Origin: an uncultured Gammaproteobacteria bacterium | GTDB taxonomy: Bacteria > Patescibacteriota > Patescibacteriia > Veblenbacterales > UBA10138 | Assembly: GCA_964348825.1 (NCBI GenBank) | Contig: CAYGDX010000002.1 | Span: forward strand, 80,609-144,608 | Direction of reading: 5' to 3' | DNA length: 64,000 bases | Shown here: piece after piece, positions 19,762 to 31,481 of the stretch | How the letters are laid out: each line of letters begins with the position of its first letter | How positions within the stretch are numbered: position 1 is the stretch's first letter | The notes under the pieces: model-generated | Told to the model about the DNA's origin: nothing | Database searches by the model: none | The model's input: the letters and a program-made list of their open reading frames with translations, nothing else | Made by a program: the position numbers and the translations under genes

Positions 19762-20118
19762 TTAATTTTTAGGCGTTTTTTTAGGAGCTTCATTGCTTAA
19801 AACCACATTAATATGGCAAGTTGGTTTACGTATTGGTGTCGCTCGTCCTTGCGCTCGTGGTGTAAATCTTTTAAGCACTGGGCCTTGTCCAACTGTAATA
19901 GTTTTTATCCACCACTCACCTTCTTTGCTTTGACTTTTAACCTCAGCATTGGCTTGAGCTGATTTAATTAATTTAAAAACTGCTCGAGCCGAAGTTTTTG
20001 GTAAATAACTAAGCTTAAGTAAGGCGGTAGACACTTTATGTCCGCGCACAGTATCAATCACCAACTTAACTTTATTGGGTGATTGCCGTAAGTAACTTAA
20101 TTTGGCTGTACTTTCCAT
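19762..20118 (-). CDS. rplV: 50S ribosomal protein L22
   Basis: Homology pattern and position. Confidence 0.9.
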   Translation of the reverse strand: MESTAKLSYLRQSPNKVKLVIDTVRGHKVSTALLKLSYLPKTSARAVFKLIKSAQANAEVKSQSKEGEWWIKTITVGQGPVLKRFTPRAQGRATPIRKPTCHINVVLSNEAPKKTPKN

Positions 20119-20126
20119 AAAATAAA

Positions 20127-20474
20127 TTATTTAGCTTTAGGTTTTTCAGGTGCGGCTTGAGTAGCTTTAGCTTTATCAGCTTCAGCACTAGCCGCAGCCG
20201 CAGCTTGTTCACGCGCCATTTTGCCGCCATGACCAGTAAATTTACGAGTTGGTGAAAATTCTCCAAGTTTGTGCCCAACCATATTTTCTACCACTATAAC
20301 AGGTAAATGATTTTTACCATTATGCACACCAAATGTAAATCCAATCATTTCAGGTGTAATAGTTGAATCACGCGACCAAGTTTTAATTGGTGTTTTGTCA
20401 CCAACTTTAACTTTACTCATTTTTTTGAGTAACGATGGGTCAACAAATGGTCCTTTTTTCAAACTACGTGACAT
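20127..20474 (-). CDS. rpsS: 30S ribosomal protein S19 (Ala/Lys-rich C-terminal extension)
   Basis: S19 core plus a ~25-aa AK-rich tail. Confidence 0.9.
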   Translation of the reverse strand: MSRSLKKGPFVDPSLLKKMSKVKVGDKTPIKTWSRDSTITPEMIGFTFGVHNGKNHLPVIVVENMVGHKLGEFSPTRKFTGHGGKMAREQAAAAASAEADKAKATQAAPEKPKAK

Positions 20475-20528
20475 AAAATTTTAAATCCTAAATTCTAAAT
20501 TCGAAATCCTAAATAATTAAAAATAAAC

Positions 20529-21365
20529 TTAAACTCGTTTCGGACGACGGGAAACTATAAATTTGTTCGAAGATTTATTAACAGAACGTGTTGGCACACC
20601 TAAAGCTGGTTTACCCCACGGTGTTTTTGGATGTTTCATACCAATTGGATTGTGACCTTCACCGCCACCATGTGGGTGATCAACCGGATTCATTGCTTTA
20701 CCGCGAACACTGGGGCGAAAGCCTTGGTGACGTCTCCGACCGGCTGTACCTAAACGTACATTTAAATGGTCTATATTACAAACTTGACCAATGGTAGCCG
20801 AACAATTATCTGACACTAATCTAATTTCACCTGAAGGCATTTTAAGACGAGCAAAACCTGCTTCGACTGACATCACTAAAATTTGACTACCCGCTGATTT
20901 GGCGATCATTCCGCCATCACCCGGTGTAAGTTCTACATCATGTACTGCAAGTCCAGCTGGCACGTGTTTCAATAATAAACGATTACCACAAGTTGCCGTA
21001 ATTACTTCACGACTTGATAAAACTTCCATACCCACCTTTAACCCTTCGGGTGCAATAATATAGGTTTTAACACCATCTCTATACTGAAGTAAGGCTAAAT
21101 TAGCTGTACGTTGTGGATCATAACTTATGGCAATAACCGAAGCCTTCATATCATACTTATTACGCTTTGAATCCACAATACGCAATAACCGTTTAGCCCC
21201 ACCACCACGATGTCGCACTGTAATTTTACCTTGATTGTTGCGTCCGGCTGATTTACTTTGGCCTTTTACCAAACTTTTAACCACAGCATTCTTTGAAATA
21301 CCGCGCACCAAAACACTGGCGTGACGCCGTCCGGGAGTTGTAGGTTGGTATAATTTAATCGCCAT
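20529..21365 (-). CDS. rplB: 50S ribosomal protein L2
   Basis: Homology pattern and position. Confidence 0.95.
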   Translation of the reverse strand: MAIKLYQPTTPGRRHASVLVRGISKNAVVKSLVKGQSKSAGRNNQGKITVRHRGGGAKRLLRIVDSKRNKYDMKASVIAISYDPQRTANLALLQYRDGVKTYIIAPEGLKVGMEVLSSREVITATCGNRLLLKHVPAGLAVHDVELTPGDGGMIAKSAGSQILVMSVEAGFARLKMPSGEIRLVSDNCSATIGQVCNIDHLNVRLGTAGRRRHQGFRPSVRGKAMNPVDHPHGGGEGHNPIGMKHPKTPWGKPALGVPTRSVNKSSNKFIVSRRPKRV

Positions 21366-21383
21366 AGAATTTAAATCCTAAAA

Positions 21384-21749
21384 TTATTTACTGATTGCAT
21401 TTAAAGCTAAAGTTTGACCAGGAGCAAGTCGAGCAATAATGTGCACTCGTCTCGCACGCCGACCAGATTGTCTACCACGTCGTACAATTTTACCTGGCAA
21501 ATTAATTCTATTCAAACCAACCACTCGTACTCCAAAACGTGATTCAATTGCTTTTTTAACTGTTAATTTATTAATATTAGGTCTAACTGCAAACATATAT
21601 TGCCCTTGCGCCTCAAGTTGACTAGCTTTTTCGGACAGCACAGGTGTAAGCAATAAAGTCATATCGGTTTTAATACTTTTAACCGCTGGGCTGACTTTAG
21701 TATTAACCGCCTTTGTATTGTCGGTTGATTTTTTAGGAAATAGTGACAT
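21384..21749 (-). CDS. rplW: 50S ribosomal protein L23 (N-terminal extension)
   Basis: Homology pattern and position. Confidence 0.85.
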   Translation of the reverse strand: MSLFPKKSTDNTKAVNTKVSPAVKSIKTDMTLLLTPVLSEKASQLEAQGQYMFAVRPNINKLTVKKAIESRFGVRVVGLNRINLPGKIVRRGRQSGRRARRVHIIARLAPGQTLALNAISK

Positions 21750-21770
21750 AATATTTAAAAATCCGAAATT

Positions 21771-22439
21771 CTAAAGTTTATTTTTTCCAACTTTTAAATT
21801 TTTTAAGCAATTGGTAACCAATTCAGTTAAAGAACTTTCAGAAATTAACAAACTTTGATTTTGTAAACCAGAATAAGCTGTAAAAGCAGTTAAAGGAGCG
21901 CAAGTTAATTTTGGTAAATTACGAAAAGCTAGTGCGGTATTTTTTTCTTGACTCGATAGTAAAAGTAAAGCTGACTTACCGGCGCGCACTTTTAAATTTT
22001 TAAGCCATGAAGACGCTACTTTTGTCTTTGATACCTCTGGCCAAACTTCCACGGCGGTAACTTTACCTGATTTCAAATAATCAGCCAGCACCATAGCGCG
22101 AGCTTGGCTACGCAAACTTTCTGGCGTGCGTTTTACATAATTACGATCTTTTCGTGGACCAAATACCACACCACCACCCACCCAAATCGGTGAACGAGTA
22201 GAACCATGGCGAGCGCGGCCTGTACCTTTTTGTTTCCATGGTTTTCTACCACCGCCCGATACTTCACCACGAGTTTTAGTATGAGCAGTGCCGGCCCTAG
22301 CGCCTGAAGCATCACCTACTACCACTTGATGAACTAAGCTTTTATTAATTTTTAAAGACAATAACGCTTCCGGCAAAGGTATTTCTTTAACTACCTCGCC
22401 TTGAATATTATAAATTGATAAAACCTTTACTTCACTCAT
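21771..22439 (-). CDS. rplD: 50S ribosomal protein L4
   Basis: Homology pattern and position. Confidence 0.9.
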   Translation of the reverse strand: MSEVKVLSIYNIQGEVVKEIPLPEALLSLKINKSLVHQVVVGDASGARAGTAHTKTRGEVSGGGRKPWKQKGTGRARHGSTRSPIWVGGGVVFGPRKDRNYVKRTPESLRSQARAMVLADYLKSGKVTAVEVWPEVSKTKVASSWLKNLKVRAGKSALLLLSSQEKNTALAFRNLPKLTCAPLTAFTAYSGLQNQSLLISESSLTELVTNCLKNLKVGKNKL

Positions 22440-22443
22440 AAAA

Positions 22444-23064
22444 TTATTTACCTATTTCGTTTTGTAAATAAATTAAACCATTACGTGCACCAGGTACAGC
22501 ACCTTTTACCATTATTTCATTTAATTCTGGATTAACTCCCATAATTTCCAAATTATGAACTGTTACTTTATCAACACCCATATGACCAGCCATTCTTTTG
22601 CCTTTCATCACATGTTGTTTACCACCAGCACCGATACTTCCTGGCATACGTAATTGATCTTTATGGCCATGAGTGGAAGGATGACCATGGAAACCGTGAC
22701 GCTTAACTACACCTTGAAAACCACGCCCTTTGGAAATACCTTGCACCAAAACCTTATCACCCACTTTAAACTGAGTAACATCAAATTTCTGACCAATTGT
22801 TAAATCTTTAATTTCAATTTTAAATTCACGCAAATAACGAACGGAAGTTACCCCAGCTGATTTAATATGTCCTAAAATTGCTTGCTTAGTATGACGAAGT
22901 TTACCAAAACCAAGTTGTACTGATTCATACCCATCGCGCTCAACAGTTTTTATTTGTGTCACCACAGAAGGCTCAGCTTTCAAAACTGTTACTGGCACCA
23001 CTGTGCCATCAGCCAAGAAAACTTGCGTCATATTTTGTTTTATAGCTAGTAAAATCTGAGACAT
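22444..23064 (-). CDS. rplC: 50S ribosomal protein L3
   Basis: Homology pattern and position. Confidence 0.9.
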   Translation of the reverse strand: MSQILLAIKQNMTQVFLADGTVVPVTVLKAEPSVVTQIKTVERDGYESVQLGFGKLRHTKQAILGHIKSAGVTSVRYLREFKIEIKDLTIGQKFDVTQFKVGDKVLVQGISKGRGFQGVVKRHGFHGHPSTHGHKDQLRMPGSIGAGGKQHVMKGKRMAGHMGVDKVTVHNLEIMGVNPELNEIMVKGAVPGARNGLIYLQNEIGK

Positions 23065-23317
23065 ATAATCTTAAATCCTAAATCCGAATATCTAAATCCT
23101 AAAAATTAAAATGAAACAAAAAACCGCTTTACCAAACCCTAAACTACAATACAACTAAGGTAAAACGGTTTCATAATAATGTTAGTATAGTTTAGAAATA
23201 GTGAAATAAATATCCTTAAAACAATTTAACCGGTTTTATTGGTCTAGCTCTAAAGCTACCGACATAAGCCCAAATTAAGTTGTTTTTATAGGCGTTTTTA
23301 AGCGCTTGTATACCTTA

Positions 23318-23686
23318 CTACATTTTAATTTCCACGTCAACCCCAGCTGGTAAATTAAGATTAGTAAGGGCTTCGATGGTTTTAGCTTGCGGATCTAGAA
23401 TATCTAATAATCTTTTGTGGATTCTCATTTCATATTGTTCACGCGAATTCTTATCAATGAATGAGGATCGATTCACTGTGTAACGAGTTTTTTCAGTTGG
23501 GAGTGGAATTGGTCCCACCACCCGAGCACCACTACGGAGCGCGGTTTCCAAAATCGTACGCATAGCCTGATCAATAATTCTATGATCATAAGCTCGAATG
23601 CGAATACGCAATTTAGCCTTACCCTCTTCTTCTTTGGTGACTACTTTAACATCTGTTGTAGCGGCGCTACTTTTTCTCGTTGCCAT
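23318..23686 (-). CDS. rpsJ: 30S ribosomal protein S10 (N-terminal extension)
   Basis: S10 core ([15 protein letters not shown]...). Confidence 0.9.
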   Translation of the reverse strand: MATRKSSAATTDVKVVTKEEEGKAKLRIRIRAYDHRIIDQAMRTILETALRSGARVVGPIPLPTEKTRYTVNRSSFIDKNSREQYEMRIHKRLLDILDPQAKTIEALTNLNLPAGVDVEIKM

Positions 23687-23707
23687 AGTAGAATAATTTG
23701 TTAAAAA

Positions 23708-24928
23708 TTATTTAATAATCTTACTAACCACACCAGCTCCCACGGTGCGTCCGCCTTCGCGAATCGCAAAGCGTTGCTTTTCTTCCAAAGCCACTGGAGA
23801 AATCAATTTAACTTGGAAATTAACTTTGTCACCAGGCATTACCATTTCTACACCTTCAGCCAAAATCACTTCGCCAGTTACATCGGTAGTACGGATATAA
23901 AATTGTGGTTTATAACCCTTAAGAAATGGGGTATGACGGCCGCCTTCTTCTTTGGTCAAAACATAAGCCTCAGCTTCAAATTCGGTATGAGGTGTAACTG
24001 ATCCTGGTTTAGCCACCACTTGACCACGCTCAACATCATCTTTTTTAAGTCCACGAAGCAAGAGTCCAGCATTATCGCCTGCTCGACCTTCATCAAGTTG
24101 TTTGTTAAACATTTCAATACCTGTAATAACAGTTTTTTGGGTTGGTTTTAAGCCAACAATTTCTACTTCTTCGTTGATTTTAATAATACCTCTTTCAATA
24201 CGTCCAGTAATCACTGTACCACGACCTTCAATTGAGAAAATATCTTCAATTGGCATTAAGAATGGCTTTTCGGTTTCACGTACTGGCTCAGGAATATATT
24301 CATCTAAGGCCTTTACCAAATCAAGTACTGGTTGCAAAGCTGGATCATCTTTTTTACCAGCAGCAGCTGCTTCTAAAGCTTTAAGAGCCGACCCACGGAT
24401 AATAGGTGTTTTATCGCCTGGGAAATCATATTTCTTTAATAAATCGCGAACTTCTTCTTCCACCAAATCAACCAAATCTTTGTCATCTACCATATCTACT
24501 TTATTCAAAAAGACCACAATGTAAGGCACACCAACTTGGCGAGCGAGCAAAATGTGTTCACGAGTTTGAGGCATTGGACCATCAGCGGCCGAAACAACCA
24601 AAATAGCACCGTCCATTTGCGCGGCACCAGTAATCATGTTTTTTACATAATCAGCGTGACCTGGACAATCCACGTGGGCATAATGACGATTAGCTGATTC
24701 ATATTCCACGTGAGCGGTATTGATAGTGATACCACGAGCTTTTTCTTCTGGCGCGTTGTCAATTTGGTCAATTGACTTGTTTTGGGCTGTAAAACCAGAT
24801 ACGCTAAGCACTTGTAAAAGCGCGGCGGTCAAAGTGGTTTTGCCATGGTCAACGTGGCCAATTGTGCCGACATTGATGTGCGGCTTATTACGTTCAAACT
24901 TGTCTGCCATATGATTATTATTCTCCAT
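23708..24928 (-). CDS. tuf: elongation factor Tu
   Basis: [15 protein letters not shown], and NKVD G-motifs. 406 aa. Confidence 0.95.
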   Translation of the reverse strand: MENNNHMADKFERNKPHINVGTIGHVDHGKTTLTAALLQVLSVSGFTAQNKSIDQIDNAPEEKARGITINTAHVEYESANRHYAHVDCPGHADYVKNMITGAAQMDGAILVVSAADGPMPQTREHILLARQVGVPYIVVFLNKVDMVDDKDLVDLVEEEVRDLLKKYDFPGDKTPIIRGSALKALEAAAAGKKDDPALQPVLDLVKALDEYIPEPVRETEKPFLMPIEDIFSIEGRGTVITGRIERGIIKINEEVEIVGLKPTQKTVITGIEMFNKQLDEGRAGDNAGLLLRGLKKDDVERGQVVAKPGSVTPHTEFEAEAYVLTKEEGGRHTPFLKGYKPQFYIRTTDVTGEVILAEGVEMVMPGDKVNFQVKLISPVALEEKQRFAIREGGRTVGAGVVSKIIK

Positions 24929-25109
24929 TACCCGACAGTCCTAAAATGGACTTGCTCGGGCTAACGCTTTAACTAATAATAGCCAATTAGTTAAGCAGAT
25001 TAATTAGATAAATATTAAAAAATTTAATGTTAATTATGTGTTAATTATGTGCGAAATTTATTTTAGCACGATACTGAATTCTTGGCAAGTGCTACCCCTA
25101 AAACTACCT

Positions 25110-25403
25110 TTATTCAATCGGCTCGGGGAAAAATTGGTCGTCATCGGAGAGGCCGGAAGGCATTGGATCAACCGCCTCCACTATTTGATTAGCTTTTGTC
25201 ATTTGACCAAACGGTAAACTTTGTTCGGTTGAATTTTTAACAACTTTTTGGTTATTTACTACTCCGCCTGATTTTTCACTAGTTAATTTTTCGTATTCTT
25301 GAAGTGGCACTAATACCACTGCCTCACCCGAAGGCAGGATGACCACAAACTTTTCAGGACGAGAGGATAGGCGGGAAATTGTGGTAAGTAGTGTGTCGGA
25401 CAT
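25110..25403 (-). CDS. Phd/YefM antitoxin-fold protein (orphan, no adjacent toxin)
   Basis: TISRLSSRPEKFVVILPSGEAVVLVPLQEYEKL matches the Phd/YefM N-terminal signature. Inserted between fusA and tuf. Confidence 0.5.
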   Translation of the reverse strand: MSDTLLTTISRLSSRPEKFVVILPSGEAVVLVPLQEYEKLTSEKSGGVVNNQKVVKNSTEQSLPFGQMTKANQIVEAVDPMPSGLSDDDQFFPEPIE

Positions 25404-25673
25404 AAATGTAATTTAAAATTTCTAATCTCTAATCACTAATTTCTAAAAATGACTAAAGTATTTAATTCACAAATCCCAAAATCCAATCCCCAAAACTCTT
25501 ACTCCATACTCTTACTAAAATATTAGGATTTGGGTCTTGGGGATTTTTTAATAATTACCTGCCTGCCGGTAGGCAGGGAAATTAGTCATTAGTGATTTTG
25601 AAAGATTACTTCGTCCCCCTCGACTCGGCTCGGCTCGGGATCATCGCAATGACAACCATTGTTTAATTAAATA

Positions 25674-27758
25674 TTATTCCTTCTTCTCTTTCTGTCCCAT
25701 AATTGTTTCCGCCACGTGACGCGGTACTTCAGAATAACGTTCAAATTCCATAGTATAGCTCGCTCGGCCTTGGGTCATTGAACGAAGCGCCGTAGCATAG
25801 CCAAACATTTCACCAAGTGGTACTGAAGCCTCAATCACCCTGAGTCCAATTCTTTCGCGTACTTCTTTAATCTGACCACGCTTAGAATTCATATCACCAA
25901 TTACATCACCCATATAATTTTCTGGCGTAACTACTTCCACTTTCATAATTGGCTCTAAGATAACTGGACCAGCTTGCTTACAGGCCGCTTGGAAAGCCAT
26001 TGAACCCGCAATTTTAAAGGCCTGTTCCGAAGAGTCAACATCGTGATATGAACCATCGTATACTGTGGCCACCACATCAACTACCGGATAACCAGCTAGC
26101 ACCCCATTATCAAGTGAGGCCTTAATACCTTTTTCAATTGCCGGAATAAATTCGCGAGGGATACTACCGCCCTTTACTTCATCTAAGAATTCAAAGCCTT
26201 TAGCACTTTCCGTTTGTGGTGATACTTTTATCCAACAATGGCCGTATTGACCATGGCCACCAGTTTGCCTAATATATTTACCTTCGGCTTTAGCTTCACG
26301 AGTAATAGTTTCTTTATAAGCCACTTGTGGTTGACCAACATTAGCTTCCACTTTAAATTCACGACGCATACGATCAACAATAATATCTAAATGCAATTCC
26401 CCCATCCCCCAAATAATAAGCTGTCCAGTTTCTTCGTTAGAACGCACGCGGAAAGTTGGGTCTTCTTCGGCCAATTTTTGCAAAGCCACGCCCATTTTTT
26501 CTTGATCAACTTTAGTTTTTGGTTCAATCGCGAGCGAAATAACTGGTTCAGGGAAAACAATTGATTCAAGTAGTACTGGGTGATCAGGATCACATAATGT
26601 ATTACCAGTGGTGGTAACTTTTAATCCCACTGCCGCGGCAATTTCACCAGCATAAACTTCTGACACATCTTCGCGAGTGTTGGCATGAAGTCGCACAATT
26701 CTACTAATGCGTTCTTTTTCACCATTGGAAGCATTCAAAACATAAGAACCGGCTTGCAAAGTTCCTGAATAAACTCGAAAGAAAGCAAGTTTACCTACAA
26801 AAGGATCTGAAGTAATTTTAAAAGCTAGGGCCGTAAAAGGCGCGGTATCAGAGGGTGGTCGTTCGAGCACTGCACCGGTTTTTACGTCATTGGCTTTTAC
26901 TGGCGGCACATCGAGTGGTGATGGTAAATAATCCACAATCGCATCTAGTAAAAATTGCAAACCTTTATTTTTTAAAGCTGAGCCACAAAATACTGGCACA
27001 ATTTTATTGGCGATTACTGCTTTTCTAAGTACCCGCTTTAAATCAGGAATCGGAATTTCTTTACCTTCCAAATAATTCTGAAGCATAGTGTCATCGTGCT
27101 CAGCAATCGCTTCAATTAATTTATGGCGATACTCTTCCACTTTCTCTTTCATATCAGCTGGTACATCGGTTTCTTCCCATTCTTTACCTAAATCATCTTT
27201 ATAAATAATAGCGCGACGAGTAAATAAATCAACCAAACCAGTGAATGTTTCGGCCGCGCCAATTGGTAATTGTAAAGGATGAGCATTTTTAGTCAGTCGT
27301 TCGTAAATTGAATCCATGTCGGCATAAAAATTTGCGCCCATACGATCCATTTTATTTATAAAAGCTAAGCGTGGTACACCGTAATCATCAGCGTAACGCC
27401 AATTAGTTTCTGATTGTGGTTCTACTCCAGCTACGCCATCAAAAATCACGGCCGCACCATCGAGTACGCGCAGTGACCTTTTAACTTCCACTGTAAAATC
27501 AATATGGCCTGGGGTATCAATCAAATTCATGCGCGTATCTTTCCAAAAACAAGTAGTAGCGGCGGCAGTAATGGTGATACCGCGTTCTTTTTCTTGTTCC
27601 ATCCAATCCATAGTGGCTTCACCTTCGTGCACTTCGCCAATCTTATGTTTTTTGCCAGTATAAAAAAGAATGCGCTCGGAAACTGTAGTTTTTCCAGCGT
27701 CAATGTGAGCAATAATACCGAAATTACGAGTGTGTTCTAAAGAATATTCACGAGGCAT
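25674..27758 (-). CDS. fusA: elongation factor G
   Basis: G-domain [14 protein letters not shown], and NKMD. True start at the internal Met (MPREYSLEH). The ORF track's upstream extension to 27878 looks spurious. Confidence 0.9.
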   Translation of the reverse strand: MPREYSLEHTRNFGIIAHIDAGKTTVSERILFYTGKKHKIGEVHEGEATMDWMEQEKERGITITAAATTCFWKDTRMNLIDTPGHIDFTVEVKRSLRVLDGAAVIFDGVAGVEPQSETNWRYADDYGVPRLAFINKMDRMGANFYADMDSIYERLTKNAHPLQLPIGAAETFTGLVDLFTRRAIIYKDDLGKEWEETDVPADMKEKVEEYRHKLIEAIAEHDDTMLQNYLEGKEIPIPDLKRVLRKAVIANKIVPVFCGSALKNKGLQFLLDAIVDYLPSPLDVPPVKANDVKTGAVLERPPSDTAPFTALAFKITSDPFVGKLAFFRVYSGTLQAGSYVLNASNGEKERISRIVRLHANTREDVSEVYAGEIAAAVGLKVTTTGNTLCDPDHPVLLESIVFPEPVISLAIEPKTKVDQEKMGVALQKLAEEDPTFRVRSNEETGQLIIWGMGELHLDIIVDRMRREFKVEANVGQPQVAYKETITREAKAEGKYIRQTGGHGQYGHCWIKVSPQTESAKGFEFLDEVKGGSIPREFIPAIEKGIKASLDNGVLAGYPVVDVVATVYDGSYHDVDSSEQAFKIAGSMAFQAACKQAGPVILEPIMKVEVVTPENYMGDVIGDMNSKRGQIKEVRERIGLRVIEASVPLGEMFGYATALRSMTQGRASYTMEFERYSEVPRHVAETIMGQKEKKE

Positions 27759-28006
27759 AGTTTGAAATCCTAAATCCGAATATCGAAATTCTAAATAAAA
27801 AATAAAACTTATTTTATAAAAAATCCAAAATGTTCTGAATCTAGAAGCTAGAATTTCGAAGTTAGATAAGTACAGCACTAATTCTAGATTCTAACTTCCC
27901 TGCCTGCCGGCAGGCAGGTATATTCTAGATTCGAGACAAATATTATTCATCTAACATTAAATCACGACGTTAAAATCATCAGTGAGTGATCACCTTGGTG
28001 AATAAC

Positions 28007-28474
28007 TTACGCAAAATGAGCAAAAGCCCGATTCGCTTCCGCCATACGATGCACATCTTGTTTCTTACGAATCGCTTCACCTTCGTTTTGTGAAGCCAGC
28101 ACTAATTCATCAGCCAACTTTTGATGCATTGGACGGCCTTTTTTGGCTTGTGCCGCTTCAATTAACCAGCGTGAAGCCAAAGCCTGTTTACGTTCACCAC
28201 GCACTTCCATTGGCACTTGATAATTAGCACCACCTACCCGGCGGCCTTTTACTTCCACCTGTGGGGCGGCATTTTTCATAGCCAAATCAAATACATCGCG
28301 TGGATCTTGCTTGGTTTTTTCAGCAATCAAATCAAAGGCCTGATAAACAATTTTTCGGGCCACGGTTTTCTTACCGCGTTGCATAATGCGGTTAATAAAT
28401 TTAGCCACCACCACGCTTTGGTAGCGTGGGTCGGGTAAAATTTCATGTTTGGGAGTTTTTTTCTTACCGCGCAT
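28007..28474 (-). CDS. rpsG: 30S ribosomal protein S7
   Basis: Homology pattern and position in the str operon. Confidence 0.9.
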   Translation of the reverse strand: MRGKKKTPKHEILPDPRYQSVVVAKFINRIMQRGKKTVARKIVYQAFDLIAEKTKQDPRDVFDLAMKNAAPQVEVKGRRVGGANYQVPMEVRGERKQALASRWLIEAAQAKKGRPMHQKLADELVLASQNEGEAIRKKQDVHRMAEANRAFAHFA

Positions 28475-28647
28475 AAGTTTACTTAGATTATTACTTAAAT
28501 ATCATTCTTAGCTGTCATTCCCGCGCAGGCGGGAATCTAGAAAATAATGTTTAAAATCCGAATATCGAAATCCAAAATTTTCGAATTTAGTGCTTTCGGT
28601 CTTCGTAGTCGTGACTACTACGACGAAGTAGACTCGAATTTCGGATT

Positions 28648-29067
28648 TTAACTGGTCGGTTTCTTCATACCGTACTTAGAACGACTCTTTTTTCGTTTAT
28701 CTACCCCACTAGTATCAAACACACCTCTCACAATATGATAACGCACACCTGGTAAATCTTTTACCCGACCACCACGGATTAAAACAATCGAGTGTTCTTG
28801 TAAATTATGACCAATCCCCGGAATATAAGCGGTAACTTCCATACCATTTGATAAACGCACCCGAGCAATTTTTCTGAGAGCTGAGTTTGGTTTTTTAGGA
28901 GTGGTGGTAGTAACTTTTACACACACGCCACGCTTAAAAGAACTACCTTGTGGTAGCATGGTTCGTTTTCTGATTAAAGTATTAAAAACCGGCTGAAGGG
29001 CTGGTGTTTTTGACTTTACTTTTTCAGAGGAACGACCTTTTCTCATTAATTGGCTAATTGTTGGCAT
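28648..29067 (-). CDS. rpsL: 30S ribosomal protein S12
   Basis: Conserved [10 protein letters not shown] motif. Confidence 0.95.
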   Translation of the reverse strand: MPTISQLMRKGRSSEKVKSKTPALQPVFNTLIRKRTMLPQGSSFKRGVCVKVTTTTPKKPNSALRKIARVRLSNGMEVTAYIPGIGHNLQEHSIVLIRGGRVKDLPGVRYHIVRGVFDTSGVDKRKKSRSKYGMKKPTS

Positions 29068-29228
29068 AAAACTTTAAATCCTAAATTCAAAACTCTAAAT
29101 TCTAAAAAAATTAATTATTTAAAACCCTTGGCTACTAAAACCAAGGACTAGGAACTAGTGGCTAGTTACTAGTGGCTTAAACATTTCGCCACTTGATAGT
29201 AACAGTTGAACTTACTTTCGTCAAGACC

Positions 29229-29879
29229 TTAAGTTCCAAACAATAAATATGGCCCAGCTGGCCCAGTTGCCCAAAGTAAAAGAGTGGTTATTACCGGTAC
29301 CAACCAAGATGATAAAAATAGTAAAAAGAATAACAAAATAAGCCAACCATACTGATCAAACAAAACCTTAACTTTATAAAATCTATCAGGTAAAATAGTA
29401 TAAAATATATGAGAACCATCCAGCGGTGGAATTGGCACTAAATTAAATACCGCTAGCGCTAAATTAGCATAAACTACTACCGTCAAAAGCTGAGAAAATC
29501 CACTAAGCGGCATAAAACGAACTACGGTTCCTAAGGCAAAAGCTAAAATTAAATTTGCTAGTGGCCCCGCCGCACCAACCGCCGCGCTCCCCCACTTTGG
29601 CCATTTTAGAGCCAATGGGTTAAATGGCACGGGCTTTGCATAAGCAAATAAAAAAGCACCATGAGTAGCAATCGAAAGAAAAATCGGCAAAATCAAAGTG
29701 CCCATTAAATCAATATGGGGAATGGGGTTTAAAGTTAATCGACCCATTCTCTCAGGTGTTGGGTCGCCTAATCTATCTGCCGCCCAAGCATGAGCAAATT
29801 CATGTAGAACCGCCGAAGGGATAATAACTAAAATAAAAAATATAAGTTGAAAAAATGGCATACTCTTGACTTTAAACAC
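29229..29879 (-). CDS. site-2 protease family (peptidase M50) membrane metalloprotease
   Basis: HEFAHA (HExxH) in TM1 and a multi-TM topology typical of small SpoIVFB-like M50 proteins. Confidence 0.7.
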   Translation of the reverse strand: MFKVKSMPFFQLIFFILVIIPSAVLHEFAHAWAADRLGDPTPERMGRLTLNPIPHIDLMGTLILPIFLSIATHGAFLFAYAKPVPFNPLALKWPKWGSAAVGAAGPLANLILAFALGTVVRFMPLSGFSQLLTVVVYANLALAVFNLVPIPPLDGSHIFYTILPDRFYKVKVLFDQYGWLILLFFLLFLSSWLVPVITTLLLWATGPAGPYLLFGT

Positions 29880-30109
29880 TATTATGATACTATTAAAAAG
29901 CTGATTTGGCTAGTTTTGTATTACAGAACGTCATTCTCGCGGAGGCGGGAATCCAAAGACAAATTGCCACGAATCTAGAAGCTAGAATATAGAATCTCGA
30001 TAAGTACAGTACTAATTCTAGATTCTAACTTCTATATTCTAAATTCGAGACACAACCTATTTATATTTAACCACTAAATTGATTTAAAATCTTATCACTT
30101 CTCAAACTT

Positions 30110-30283
30110 ATGTCTAGATTATGCGATAAATGCGACCGTGGCTACAACAAAGCCCTGTCTCGCTCCCACTCCAATATCAAAACCCTCAAGCGTCAGTACG
30201 TGAACTTGCAAACCAAAGTGGTAGCTGGCAAACGTTTGCGTATTTGTACTAATTGTATCAAAACCTTAGCCAAAGCTGTTTAA
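30110..30283 (+). CDS. rpmB: 50S ribosomal protein L28 (zinc-binding form)
   Basis: 57 aa, MSRLCDKCDRGYNKALSRSHSNIKTLKRQYVNLQTKVVAGKRLRICTNCIKTLAKAV. Below the ORF-track size cutoff. Confidence 0.8.
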   Translation: MSRLCDKCDRGYNKALSRSHSNIKTLKRQYVNLQTKVVAGKRLRICTNCIKTLAKAV

Positions 30284-30424
30284 TGTTTATTAACAAGATA
30301 AACTAAAAATCGACCTGAGATATATTAGGTTGATTTTTTGTTTGACAAAATATCAACAAGTAGTAAACTATATTAAATTATAAATAAAAAACAATTCAAT
30401 AAAAATCAACAATGAGAGTACAAA

Positions 30425-31282
30425 ATGAAATTTTCTTTAACAATATTACTATTAAGCCTTGGGAAAATACTATTAATATTTGGATTTATTTTATCCTTCG
30501 CTTACGTATTTAACCACGAATATTATCCACAAGACCTTAATCCTTGGCTTATACCTATAAGCTCAACTTTAATATTTTGGTTAGGGGCATTGCTTTTGAA
30601 CTATCATATCAACAGCATCTTACCAAATACAAAAACTCCGGGCGGTCTTTTTATTAAAGTACTTGACTGGGGCATGGGTTTAATTCTACTGCTAATAGGA
30701 TTCATTAATAACATGACATTCTCATCGAGTATCACACATGAATTAATTCAGATGTTTGATGGTCTTTACTTAACTGCACTAGCAACAGCAACAACCTATT
30801 CTATTGTCCGTGTATTCTTCTTGTCACGCTGGCTAAACTATCGTGAAGTGCCTAATGAAAAAATAATCCAATATGGAGTCTCGTATGCGGAATTTCTCAT
30901 TCTACCAGGACAAAAATTTTTCTTTATGCCCACTATGCTATGGTGGAGTAAACTAAAAATCATTTCCAGCACACAAAGCACAAACACTGTTAAAATAAGA
31001 AAAATTCCCTGTGGAAGTGGAAAAATATCTTTTGATATTAGTGCCGAATTTCAAATTAAAAATGCTAATCAAAGTAATGTACCTCCAAAAGTTGTAAGAA
31101 CTGAAAATTTAGATGATTTTATAGATGCAACTAGTAATTTCTTATCGTCAATAATTTATACCGCAAAATTTTCTTCCGAAGAACATTTGATGGGGGTAGT
31201 AAAAAATAGACTATCAGAATATGGCCAGGGTGGTTATATACCACTTGAGATTAAAAAAATTATTTTTGAAAAAATATTCTAA
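30425..31282 (+). CDS. hypothetical membrane protein
   Basis: Several N-terminal TM helices. No recognisable motif. Confidence 0.45.
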   Translation: MKFSLTILLLSLGKILLIFGFILSFAYVFNHEYYPQDLNPWLIPISSTLIFWLGALLLNYHINSILPNTKTPGGLFIKVLDWGMGLILLLIGFINNMTFSSSITHELIQMFDGLYLTALATATTYSIVRVFFLSRWLNYREVPNEKIIQYGVSYAEFLILPGQKFFFMPTMLWWSKLKIISSTQSTNTVKIRKIPCGSGKISFDISAEFQIKNANQSNVPPKVVRTENLDDFIDATSNFLSSIIYTAKFSSEEHLMGVVKNRLSEYGQGGYIPLEIKKIIFEKIF

Positions 31283-31406
31283 AAATACAATTTTAAAACC
31301 TACTACACCAAGGTAGTAGGTTTTTTATTATTAATAATAATCATGATGACACTGGTCAGGAATAAAAAATGATGCTAAAATCTTGTAGTAATAAAACCAC
31401 TTTGGT

Positions 31407-31481
31407 CGGGGTGTAGTGTACCGGTAACATGCACCCTTGGGGTGGGTGTGATAGAGGGTTCGACTCCCTCCACCCCGACCA
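31407..31481 (+). tRNA. tRNA-Pro (anticodon GGG), CCA encoded
   Basis: Cloverleaf folds by hand: C1:G72 acceptor pair (Pro-specific in bacteria), anticodon loop UUGGGGU with G37, T-loop GGGTTCGACTCCC, discriminator A, 3' CCA. Confidence 0.75.

Noticed and set aside
25674-27878. 734-aa version of fusA with a hydrophobic N-terminal extension ([22 protein letters not shown]...)
   Set aside because: The extension is the translated AT-rich spacer and repeat region. A canonical EF-G N-terminus and start codon occur at 27758.
31407-31481. Possibility that the GGTTCGACTCC...CCACCCCGACCA segment is the 3' tRNA-like end of tmRNA (ssrA)
   Set aside because: A complete 75-nt cloverleaf with D-arm, anticodon arm (GGG) and variable loop is present, and no tag-peptide reading frame or pseudoknots are nearby.
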